Both the position numbers and the translations under genes were made by a program. Positions 8,795 to 17,253 of a stretch of DNA of 57,860 nucleotides are shown here, piece after piece; positions within the stretch are counted from its first letter, which is position 1; each line of letters opens with the position of its first letter. The notes beneath the pieces were generated by a model. That model was given only the letters and a program-made list of their open reading frames with translations. It made no database searches and was not told where the DNA came from. The stretch is from an uncultured Clostridia bacterium (lineage in GTDB: Bacteria > Bacillota > Clostridia > Oscillospirales > CAG-272): NCBI GenBank assembly GCA_937875545.1, contig CALLYE010000139.1, positions 1-57,860 of the forward strand. Reading direction: 5' to 3'.

Positions 8795-10215
8795 CGGAGC
8801 GCAAGCTCGCGCGTTCTATTATAACTGTCGAAGGCGCATTCCGCACGCATGACATCGTCGAGTAAACCTTTCTTCGCAAGCTGATGTACAGCACTATAGC
8901 GGCAGCAAGAGCAATAGTGTGTTTCGTAAATATATCGCAGCAATTCGTCAAGCCTGTTATTTTTGTTATTTTCAGATAATTTAAGCGCGCTCATTTGAAC
9001 CCCGTGCCAACAATTGTTTTCCCTGAGGTTGTGTATGACGGGGAAGCTCTTTACATACGCGGTGAACGCGTCCTCGTCCCCAGCACGGAAATTTTCGACC
9101 CATAAATCTGCGGCGTATACGGAACCCTCGCGAGCAAGCTCGAGTGCGTATTCGCGTACCGGCTCGGAGCGGAGCTGCCTTAACACGCAAAGAAGCGTGA
9201 ACGCCAGCGCGGAGTTAACACTGTCTTTATCGCTCTCGAAATATTTTAGATAACCATCATCCGCGAGATACTTTATATATTCACGCGACAAATCGATGAG
9301 TGGCACCGGGCCAAGCGGCCAAATCGAGCTGTTTCGGCGCGTGAACATCAAAAGCAGCTTGTGTTTTCGCCTGATGTCTGTTGTATCAAGCGCAAACCGC
9401 GCGAGCGTTTCACACTGTTCGGGCGTCAGTGCATCCATTTTGAGCCGGTATCCGGATTCGATTTCTCCACCAGAAATAGTATATTCGAAATATTCATCGG
9501 GTGTTTGGCGCTGGGAAATCGTGCATTCTACAGCGCGTTCGCGGCGCTTTTGAGTGAGCGTGTCGTATGATTTCCACAAACGCTCCGCTTCGGGTGTGGT
9601 GACGGCGTTTCTGCCGTCTTTATGAGCATCTAATCTGTCAAAAAACAGCTCGAAGTCGAGTGCGTTGAACAACTCGCCGCCGCGTAAATCTATTAGGGCG
9701 GCGAAATCGGAAAATATTCTACCCAGCCGTTCTGTATCTTTTATCTTAACGATACAAGCGGTAATAAAACGATAAAATTCAAGCTCGTTGTCAATGCATC
9801 TGTCCTCGAAGGGATGTTTACGCGATAAAAGCGCATCAAGTGCGCGGCTGTAAATACCCTCCAGCGCGGTGTCGGCTTCGGTTAAACCTTCATTATATAA
9901 GATACCGAGCAGCGCGGCGTAATGCGACACATCGAATACATAGGTTTCCGCCGTAACCGCGTCCGCGTGCGCGATTACCGCGTGGATAAGTTCGGGCGGG
10001 TCGCCGACCGCGCGCAATAACTCACGCGCGTAAAAGGCGCGGTCACCCTCACACTGCGCGTCATAACCCATGTGAGTTGTCGCCGCGCGGAAAATTATAG
10101 CATAAAAATCGGCGGGCTGACAGGCGGGGCAGAGCCCCTCCCCCACATCACGCAGCAGCGTCACCGCGCGCCCCAAACCTTTTGTGACATAACACTCAAA
10201 TTCGGTCGTAGTCAA
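8791..10215 (-). CDS. Hypothetical alpha-helical protein, triplet member 3 (start corrected to TTG at 10215)
   Basis: N-terminus (M)TTTEFECYVTKGLGRAVTLL matches the paralogues; RBS AAGGAG; TTGA overlap with the upstream stop; C-terminal CSCCRYSAV...ECAFD motif. Confidence 0.75.
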   Translation of the reverse strand: MTTTEFECYVTKGLGRAVTLLRDVGEGLCPACQPADFYAIIFRAATTHMGYDAQCEGDRAFYARELLRAVGDPPELIHAVIAHADAVTAETYVFDVSHYAALLGILYNEGLTEADTALEGIYSRALDALLSRKHPFEDRCIDNELEFYRFITACIVKIKDTERLGRIFSDFAALIDLRGGELFNALDFELFFDRLDAHKDGRNAVTTPEAERLWKSYDTLTQKRRERAVECTISQRQTPDEYFEYTISGGEIESGYRLKMDALTPEQCETLARFALDTTDIRRKHKLLLMFTRRNSSIWPLGPVPLIDLSREYIKYLADDGYLKYFESDKDSVNSALAFTLLCVLRQLRSEPVREYALELAREGSVYAADLWVENFRAGDEDAFTAYVKSFPVIHNLRENNCWHGVQMSALKLSENNKNNRLDELLRYIYETHYCSCCRYSAVHQLAKKGLLDDVMRAECAFDSYNRTRELALR

Positions 10216-10321
10216 TGTTGTGCTCCTTTTGTTAAATAGTCGATATATTCGCGAACCTCGTAATCGTTGTCGTGACGGCACTCCTCGATTATTGTATCGG
10301 TGAGCAGTCCGTGAGAATGCA
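10152..10321. repeat. Direct repeat copy 1 spanning the gene2/gene3 junction
   Basis: Ungapped match to 11552-11721 (offset 1400); 12 mismatches counted in 170 bp. Confidence 0.92.
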
Positions 10322-11615
10322 ACATCTTCACCGCCCAATATCGCATGTGAGAGTTGTATGTGTGTTCTAAAATATATTCGATCAGCTCAATAAGTGCCTC
10401 GTCCCCATTGTGTTCGATGAGTTCGAGCACCTCATAATATGGTGTCCGACTATATTTGCCATCTTCTACTAAACATGTAGGTTTAAATGCTTTAATAAAA
10501 TTCTCGCTATCACCGGTACGATAATTTTTAGCCCAAAGAGCGACACCTTGCGAGAGGAAGCCGCGTTCGATTAATTCGAGTGCCAGCGTACGTACCGGCT
10601 CGGAAGGAATATAACTCAGCACATATATGAGTGTGTTAGACAGTCTTTTTTCGGGGGTATCATATGTATTATATTTTAAATAATCCATATATTTACGCAC
10701 TAAATCGATCAGTGGAAGCGGGTCGAGCGGCCATGGTTTTGCGTCGTTCGTAAAAAGCCAAAAAACACGATTTAATACATTCAAATCAGTTTCACCCACC
10801 GTAAGCTGCGCCAACTGGTTTAAATGTTCAGGCGTCAGTTCGTTAAGATGTTCGTAATATTCATGAGGGATACGACCATCGCTGTTTTTAACATAAGCAA
10901 ATAGATTGTCAATTAATTGATCTATATCGAATTGCTGGGGAGGGCGATTTTCGTTCGTCATTTGTTTTTTTCTTGATATTTCATTTATGCAAACCGCAAA
11001 GCGTGCTATTCCGCTCTGCGGTAATTCTTCACAAAGTGTGGAAAGTGTGCTGTCGAATGTTTTTTTCAGCGAGAAGTGTGCGTTTATATAAAAATTATAA
11101 AAATACACATTATCGAACATGCCATCCAGTACATCAAACAGCGAGCCTATATCGAGCAATATTTCGCGAAGCCGTTCTGCGTCGGTTGCATGAGAGATGT
11201 ACAGTGACAAGAACATGAACGCGTTGATTTTATCCTGCATTATATCGAGATTTTCGTTATGTACAGATAGTTCTGAATATAGAATCCGATACATTTGTTC
11301 AAGCTTTTCACTTGCGATTTTATTACCATCCTTGTAAAATAAAGCAAGTAGATTATTTTCGCTTATTTTATTACTGTATGGCATATTGATTAAATCGTCT
11401 GATCTTTCGACGGCGGCATTCTCAAGTTCATACGAATCGCTTGCGCGAATTAATTCATATAGATATTGCGCGGAAATATGTGTATAACCGGGCTGGCGTT
11501 CGATAATACGCATGATTGTTTCATAAAACGGCGTTTTGTCGCTCTCGTTCTGCAGCAGCGTCACCGCGCGTCCCAAGCCTTTTCTAACATAACACTCAAA
11601 TTCGGTCGTGGTCAA
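10212..11615 (-). CDS. Hypothetical alpha-helical protein, triplet member 2 (start corrected to TTG at 11615)
   Basis: First ~59 aa identical to member 1; RBS AAGGA; TTGA stop/start overlap. Confidence 0.78.
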   Translation of the reverse strand: MTTTEFECYVRKGLGRAVTLLQNESDKTPFYETIMRIIERQPGYTHISAQYLYELIRASDSYELENAAVERSDDLINMPYSNKISENNLLALFYKDGNKIASEKLEQMYRILYSELSVHNENLDIMQDKINAFMFLSLYISHATDAERLREILLDIGSLFDVLDGMFDNVYFYNFYINAHFSLKKTFDSTLSTLCEELPQSGIARFAVCINEISRKKQMTNENRPPQQFDIDQLIDNLFAYVKNSDGRIPHEYYEHLNELTPEHLNQLAQLTVGETDLNVLNRVFWLFTNDAKPWPLDPLPLIDLVRKYMDYLKYNTYDTPEKRLSNTLIYVLSYIPSEPVRTLALELIERGFLSQGVALWAKNYRTGDSENFIKAFKPTCLVEDGKYSRTPYYEVLELIEHNGDEALIELIEYILEHTYNSHMRYWAVKMLHSHGLLTDTIIEECRHDNDYEVREYIDYLTKGAQH

Positions 11616-11721
11616 TGTTGTGATCCTTTTGTTAAATAGTCGATATATTCGCGAACCTCGTAATCGTTGTCGTGACGGCACTCCTCTATTATCGCGTCGG
11701 TGAGCAGCCCGCGAGAATGCA
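11461..11721. repeat. Junction repeat copy 2 (gene1/gene2), overlapping a 143-bp block identical to 12843-12985
   Basis: Direct base-by-base comparison. Confidence 0.92.
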
Positions 11722-12997
11722 TTCCTTCCAACGCCACTTCTCTTACAAAACAATTTCCGCCGTATTCGTAAATGGTTTCAAACAGCTCTATGGGAATGCC
11801 GTCAAAATCCTGCTTTAACAGGTCAAGCGTCGCGTAATACGGAACCTTGCGCCAATCTTCGAGGCACATTTTTTTAAACATCTCAACAAATTGCTCGCGG
11901 TCGCCAGCCTTATAATTTTTTGCCCACAGAGCGGAGCCTTCGGTCAAATAACCGCGCTCGATAAGTGCAAAGGCGAGAGAGCGCACCTCGTCGGTGCGGA
12001 AATTTCCCAGCGCGTATATCGAATTTTTGGCAAGCCGCTTTTCGTCGGTATCAAGTTTGCTTGAACCGAGATAGCCCATATATTCCCATGCCAGAGTTAT
12101 CAGCGGCGCGGGGTCGAGCGGCCACACCGCGACGTTGCTCGTGAACAGCGAAACAACGCGGTTCAGGCGCGCGGGGTCGTGGATACCCTCCGCGAGCCGA
12201 GCTATGCGCCGTTGTTGCTCCGATGAAAATAAATTAAAATTTTCATAAAATTTAGCGGGGCGAGATCCGTCACCGGATATAATGTAGGTACAAACTTCCT
12301 CAACTAATTTATCGGTATCAACCCGATGCGGTGACGGATTGGCAATTTGCCGCAGCCGCTCCGCGTCAATCTCGTACATGCGGTCTGCGAACCGTTTGAC
12401 CTGCGGCGATTCTTCGCTCATCGCGGTAAGCGTATTGTCAAAGCTTTTTTTCAGTTTATATCGTGTGTTGATGAAGAAATCATAAAAACTCGCCTCATGG
12501 AACATATTCTGACGCTCAAACAGTGCTCCCATGTCGCGGAATATTCTCCGCAGCCATTCTTTATCGGTAATAAGCGCGATAAATGATGACAAAAACATAA
12601 ATATGCTTGCTTTGTCATTTTTCCTGTCGGGTAATTCGGTACGAACGGAAAGCTCTGAAAATAAGTCTTGGTATATATCCTTAAGCTTCTCGCCTGCGGT
12701 TTGGTTGCCATCTCCATAAAACGTGAAAAGCAACTTATAACCGTTCATACTATAACCTACAGGCGTCATGTACAGCTCGCCCGCTCTTTCGACGGCGGCG
12801 TCCTCAAGCTCATGCGAACCGCTCGCGCGAATCAACTCGTAAAGATATTGCGCGGAAATATGTGTATAACCGGGCTGGCGTTCGATAATACGCATGATTG
12901 TTTCATAAAACGGCGTTTTGTCGCTCTCGTTCTGCAGCAGCGTCACCGCGCGTCCCAAGCCTTTTCTAACATAACACTCAAATTCTGTTGTAGTCAA
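11612..12997 (-). CDS. Hypothetical alpha-helical protein, triplet member 1
   Basis: TTG start with RBS AAGGGG; shares WPLDP.PLI.L, ALWAKNY and IIEECRHDNDYEVREY motifs with the paralogues. Confidence 0.8.
   Translation of the reverse strand: MTTTEFECYVRKGLGRAVTLLQNESDKTPFYETIMRIIERQPGYTHISAQYLYELIRASGSHELEDAAVERAGELYMTPVGYSMNGYKLLFTFYGDGNQTAGEKLKDIYQDLFSELSVRTELPDRKNDKASIFMFLSSFIALITDKEWLRRIFRDMGALFERQNMFHEASFYDFFINTRYKLKKSFDNTLTAMSEESPQVKRFADRMYEIDAERLRQIANPSPHRVDTDKLVEEVCTYIISGDGSRPAKFYENFNLFSSEQQRRIARLAEGIHDPARLNRVVSLFTSNVAVWPLDPAPLITLAWEYMGYLGSSKLDTDEKRLAKNSIYALGNFRTDEVRSLAFALIERGYLTEGSALWAKNYKAGDREQFVEMFKKMCLEDWRKVPYYATLDLLKQDFDGIPIELFETIYEYGGNCFVREVALEGMHSRGLLTDAIIEECRHDNDYEVREYIDYLTKGSQH
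12843..12985. repeat. 143-bp perfect direct repeat of 11461-11603
   Basis: Direct comparison, offset 1382. Confidence 0.92.
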
Positions 12998-13120
12998 TAC
13001 AGTTCCCCTTTTCTCTATATATTACCATGAGCATAACAAAATTAGCGGTGAATGTAAACATCTACCATGCGATGTAACGCAAATGTAATAATATGAACTT
13101 CCATGATGTAAGGCGCAAAA

Positions 13121-13198
13121 CGCAAGGGAGGGTCTCTGCCCCTCCCGCTTGCGTTGCGTTACAAATGAAAACGGGCGGGGGAAAACCCCGCCCGTACA
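13121..13198. repeat. REP-like inverted doublet, probably also the terminator of the ECF gene
   Basis: gggagggtctctgccctccc and cgggcgggggaaaaccccgcccgtac hairpins. Confidence 0.65.
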
Positions 13199-13205
13199 AT
13201 ATTTC

Positions 13206-14840
13206 TTATTTCCTATATACCAGCACCACCGGCGGACAGCAATAATCCACATCGTGCATATGCAGCCCGCGGTCATACGCTTCGCGTATCGCAGCCATTT
13301 CGATAAACCGTTTCGCAGGACCGTACAGCATCCATTCGGAGACACTTTTTAAATGCGATGGAATCCTGATTTGCGCGCCGCGAAGGTAGTTTTGATAATC
13401 GCTGCCGATTTCGGATATCAATTTATCACACCCGCTGTCTGCTATTTTTGTGACAAGCGTATGGGTCGCTTCATCCATAACCGGAATGTCAACCGTAAGT
13501 TTGCCGCTCTCGCGAGAGAGCATACCGACTTTTTCAAATCCCGGTATTTTCTCAATCATTGTGTTGCTTATGCCAGCCGATTCGAGCGGGATATCATTGT
13601 ACACACACCATAATAAATTATGAATTTGTTTGAAGTAAGTATCCGAGCCGCAGACTGTGAATCTGCGAGGGTTGTCCCACAGAGTCGTGTCAAATTCGCG
13701 GAGCTGCAGATATTTTACGCTTTGAGAACTGTATTCGCTGGTACGAAGACCGCCGACAACAGTGTATTCAAACGTTTCATTAACCTTAGTATAATCGTAT
13801 CCGGCAGGAGATGACCAGCCCATCGCTTTCCAATGCCCACCATAACGCCGAGCGGGACAGGTGTAATCTATTTTATAGATATCACCGACACCGTTATTTA
13901 TAAAATCTTGTAATGCGCACATTATAGTATACCGCTCAAGCTTTTTTCGCTGGCGCGGGTTAAGCGTGCCGTAATATCCGAGTGCGGAGAGCTTTTTAAT
14001 TATCTCTGACATAACGCTCCAAAAAATATCGAACCGTTCGCGCACGAAGGCGAGCTGTCCCTCGAACCGGCTTAAACCATCCTCGGGTTTATAAATGATA
14101 AAATCGGTATAATATTTGCCGCTTTCAGTTTTCACCATCAATTCGCCGTCGGTGAGCTTATCGAGGATAGGCTCGATGTATACCGTAGGAATTGCGATCA
14201 TCTTTGCAAGCTCGATTATATTTTGCGGCTTTTCGTATGCGAGAATCAGCAGATTTTGCGCAATGAGGTCGCCCTCGATAAGACTATTCGGTCTGTCGTC
14301 CGCGCCGCCGGAACCGCTGTAAGAAATATTAAGCCGACCGGGTAAATAATTTGTCTGGTTGTCCATGTGCGATAATCCTTTCTTAATCTGTTCCCGTCCC
14401 GACGACAGGCGGCTTTTGACAGTGCCATTTGGTATGCGCAGCGCCGCCGCGATAACGCCAATACTCTGACCATTAAAATAATAACGGATTAGCACCTCGC
14501 GGTTGGTGTGCGCCATGTACAATAACTCGCGCCGCACCACGGCGGCTTCGTCGGAGCTGTAAAACTCCGTGTCGTCCTCGTCGGCAAGATCCGACAGCAT
14601 ATCGAGGTTTATGACGACGGGACTTTTATATTTGCGGCGCAGCGCTTCGCTGTGCTTGTGCATCAGCGTGTTCGCCAGCCACGTTTTGGGATAAGCGATA
14701 ACGCCCCCGCGCCTGATAAACGCCAGCGCGGCGAGGTATGTATCCGAAACGAGATCGTCGGCGTCATCTTGCGAAGAAAGTTTTGAGCACGCGAGCCGGG
14801 ACAGGTAGCTGTAATGTTCAAGTAAATCGTTAAATTGCAT
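13206..14840 (-). CDS. ECF sigma factor with ~385-aa C-terminal extension (winged-helix-like segment plus unknown domain)
   Basis: DADDLVSDTYL and KTWLANTL (region 2); RYYFNGQSIGVIAAALRIPNGTVKSRLSSGR (region 4); AQNLLILAYEKP...ELAKMIAIPTVYIE wHTH-like segment. Confidence 0.85.
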   Translation of the reverse strand: MQFNDLLEHYSYLSRLACSKLSSQDDADDLVSDTYLAALAFIRRGGVIAYPKTWLANTLMHKHSEALRRKYKSPVVINLDMLSDLADEDDTEFYSSDEAAVVRRELLYMAHTNREVLIRYYFNGQSIGVIAAALRIPNGTVKSRLSSGREQIKKGLSHMDNQTNYLPGRLNISYSGSGGADDRPNSLIEGDLIAQNLLILAYEKPQNIIELAKMIAIPTVYIEPILDKLTDGELMVKTESGKYYTDFIIYKPEDGLSRFEGQLAFVRERFDIFWSVMSEIIKKLSALGYYGTLNPRQRKKLERYTIMCALQDFINNGVGDIYKIDYTCPARRYGGHWKAMGWSSPAGYDYTKVNETFEYTVVGGLRTSEYSSQSVKYLQLREFDTTLWDNPRRFTVCGSDTYFKQIHNLLWCVYNDIPLESAGISNTMIEKIPGFEKVGMLSRESGKLTVDIPVMDEATHTLVTKIADSGCDKLISEIGSDYQNYLRGAQIRIPSHLKSVSEWMLYGPAKRFIEMAAIREAYDRGLHMHDVDYCCPPVVLVYRK

Positions 14841-14885
14841 TATGTTTACCTGGAATTAATGTCGAATGTACATGTACGACTGTAT

Positions 14886-14922
14886 AGTCGTAAAACTCCG
14901 CGCCCGGTTCGGTCGCGGAGAA
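14886..14922 (-). promoter_or_regulatory. Candidate ECF promoter (GAAC-16bp-CGAC) embedded in the recQ terminator hairpin
   Basis: Minus strand ctccgcgaccGAACcgggcgcggagttttaCGACt; stem ctccgcg/cgcggag followed by a T-run. Confidence 0.55.
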
Positions 14923-14925
14923 ATT

Positions 14926-17097
14926 TTATTTTTTTATAACAAACGCCGCTATTTCTGAAATGTGCGACAGGATAAAACGCTGCGCGTCGCTGTTATACAG
15001 ATTGAGGATATAATCGCCGTTTTTACTTGTGCGGTTTTCGGCGGCGATGCCCAGCGCCAGCCCTTTGTCGGTCGGAATTTTATATCCGCCGTCCTGCTGA
15101 CTCAGATATCCGCTCTCGACCAGCCATTCGCTTAGTTTGTGCGCGGAAATCTTTGCGATCCCGCGCTCCCCGGACAGTTCGTTTATTGCGGCGGTGAACT
15201 CGCTGATTTTAATCGGCTCGGACGATATTTTTACATCCTCCGGCGACGGTGCGGCGGGCGGCGGCTTAACTGCCTCGGCTTCGCCGGAGGCGCGATACGC
15301 CGCGATCTCGCCCATGAACCGCTCGCCGTAGCGTTTCAGCTTTTCATTGCCCACGCCCGACACACGTAAAAACTCATCGGGCGTTATCGGCATTAGATTA
15401 CTTATTTCGACCAGCGTCGCGTCGGTAAAAATCACGAACGCCGGGACGCTCTGTTTATCCGCAAGCTCGCGGCGCAGCGCTTTCAGGCGCTCGAAAAGCG
15501 CGGGATGCTCTGTCTGCGTGTTTTTCGAGCGCGAACGCTCCGCCTTATGTTCCCTCGGCGCGGGCAGCTTCATCTCGAGTTTTACCGCGCCCGACAACGC
15601 TTCCTGTGAGGTTGGCGTCAGACGAAGCACCGGAAATTCACCCTCGTCCTGCGACAGATAACCGCGCCGAACAAGGAAATAGATGACCGCGCGCAGCTCT
15701 CGCGCGTCGCGGTTGTTAATGCCGAAGGTGGACAGCTTGTCGAACCCGAGCGCGGTTAAACGCACGCTGTTTTTGCCGCGCAGCACGTCGCAGACCAGCG
15801 CCGCGCCGTAAGCGCCCCTCATGCGCGCGACACAGGATAATATCATGCGCGCGTCGGTCGTAACGTCGGCGGTTTCGGCATCGGAGTCGCAGTTGCCGCA
15901 GTTCCCGCAAAAATCGGGCGGGTCCTCGCCGAAATAGCGTAGGATGAACGACCGCAGACAATCGCCGGAGGTGCAATAATCAGCCATTTCACGCAGGCGG
16001 CGATGCTCTCCCTCGCGCAGCAGGCGCGCCGTTTCGGGGTCGACGCTCTCGGAGTCGCTGTTATTATTGATCATCCATTTATTTATCATCACATCCTGCC
16101 CGCTGTATAGCAGCAGGCAGACCGCGGAGCTGCCGTCACGGCCGGCGCGTCCCGCTTCCTGATAATAGCTCTCGATATCCTTTGGCATGTTATAATGCAC
16201 CACAAACGATACGTTCGACTTGTCGATGCCCATGCCGAACGCGTTTGTCGCGACCATCACAAGCGCGCGGTCGTATAGGAAATCGTCCTGATTTTTGTGC
16301 CGCTCGCCGTCGGACAGACCCGCGTGATAGCGCAGCGCGGAGATACCCGCTTGATTTAATCTGTCGCAGACCTCCTCGACGTTTTTGCGCGTCGAGCAGT
16401 AGACAATGCCCGCTCGACCGGGCTGTGTCTGCAGAAAAGAGAGCAGCTCGCCGAACTTGTCGCGCGGCGAGCGCACCTCGAAATACAGGTTTTGCCTGTC
16501 AAAACCCGTGACAAGCTTGAGAGGGTCGCGCAGTCCGAGCAATTCGACAATGTCCTCGCGCACCCGGCGCGTCGCGGTTGCAGTAAACGCCGAAACAATA
16601 GGGCGCGTGGCAAGCTGGTCGATAAACTGCGGGATTTGGCTGTAGCTCGGGCGGAAATCCTGACCCCATTGAGAGATACAGTGCGCCTCGTCAACGGCGA
16701 CCATGAAGATATTGACGTTTTGCGCGAAATCGATGAAATCGGGTGAAGTCAGCCGCTCGGGCGCGACATAGATCAGCTTGTACCTGCCGTATCGCGCGTT
16801 TTCTGTCGCCAGCTCCATCTGGCGGGGCGTGAGTGTGGAGTTTATGTACGCCGCGGGGATGCCCGACTGTCCCAACGCGCCGACCTGATCCTTCATCAGC
16901 GAAATGAGCGGCGAGATCACCAGCGTTAAGCCATCGTGCGTTATCGCAGGGAGCTGAAAGCAGACCGATTTACCCGCGCCGGTTGGCATGACGCCGAGGA
17001 CATCGCGTCCCGACGAGATCGCGGAGATAATTTCGCTCTGCCCGCCCCGAAAATTGTCGAAACCAAAATATTTTTTAAGCGCCTCGCAACTGGTCAT
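14926..17097 (-). CDS. recQ: ATP-dependent DNA helicase RecQ
   Basis: MPTGAGKS, DEAHC, WGQDFRPSY, ATNAFGMGIDK, YYQEAGRAGRDG; RQC and HRDC domains. Confidence 0.97.
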   Translation of the reverse strand: MTSCEALKKYFGFDNFRGGQSEIISAISSGRDVLGVMPTGAGKSVCFQLPAITHDGLTLVISPLISLMKDQVGALGQSGIPAAYINSTLTPRQMELATENARYGRYKLIYVAPERLTSPDFIDFAQNVNIFMVAVDEAHCISQWGQDFRPSYSQIPQFIDQLATRPIVSAFTATATRRVREDIVELLGLRDPLKLVTGFDRQNLYFEVRSPRDKFGELLSFLQTQPGRAGIVYCSTRKNVEEVCDRLNQAGISALRYHAGLSDGERHKNQDDFLYDRALVMVATNAFGMGIDKSNVSFVVHYNMPKDIESYYQEAGRAGRDGSSAVCLLLYSGQDVMINKWMINNNSDSESVDPETARLLREGEHRRLREMADYCTSGDCLRSFILRYFGEDPPDFCGNCGNCDSDAETADVTTDARMILSCVARMRGAYGAALVCDVLRGKNSVRLTALGFDKLSTFGINNRDARELRAVIYFLVRRGYLSQDEGEFPVLRLTPTSQEALSGAVKLEMKLPAPREHKAERSRSKNTQTEHPALFERLKALRRELADKQSVPAFVIFTDATLVEISNLMPITPDEFLRVSGVGNEKLKRYGERFMGEIAAYRASGEAEAVKPPPAAPSPEDVKISSEPIKISEFTAAINELSGERGIAKISAHKLSEWLVESGYLSQQDGGYKIPTDKGLALGIAAENRTSKNGDYILNLYNSDAQRFILSHISEIAAFVIKK

Positions 17098-17206
17098 TAG
17101 AATTATATCCGTCCGTATGTTTTTTTGAATTCGCTACGCTTATTATAACATAAAAACTTTCGTATGTCGATAATACTACGCGGCGATTTGTTGTTTAAAA
17201 AAACAG

Positions 17207-17231
17207 CGGGCGACCAATGGTCGCCCCTGCA
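17207..17231 (-). repeat. REP-like palindrome
   Basis: Minus strand tgcaggggcgaccattggtcgcccg. Confidence 0.6.
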
Positions 17232-17253
17232 GGTGTTGTAATATTAAAATAAT

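Noticed and set aside
10216-10338. ORF-track N-terminal extensions of triplet genes 2 and 3 (also 11616-11753)
   Set aside because: They are alternate-frame read-through of the upstream paralogue's 3' end. Homology, RBS and the TTGA overlap place the starts at 10215 and 11615.
8791-12997. Diversity-generating retroelement template/variable repeat pair
   Set aside because: Mismatches between repeats are few and not adenine-specific, both copies are coding junctions, and no reverse transcriptase is in the window.
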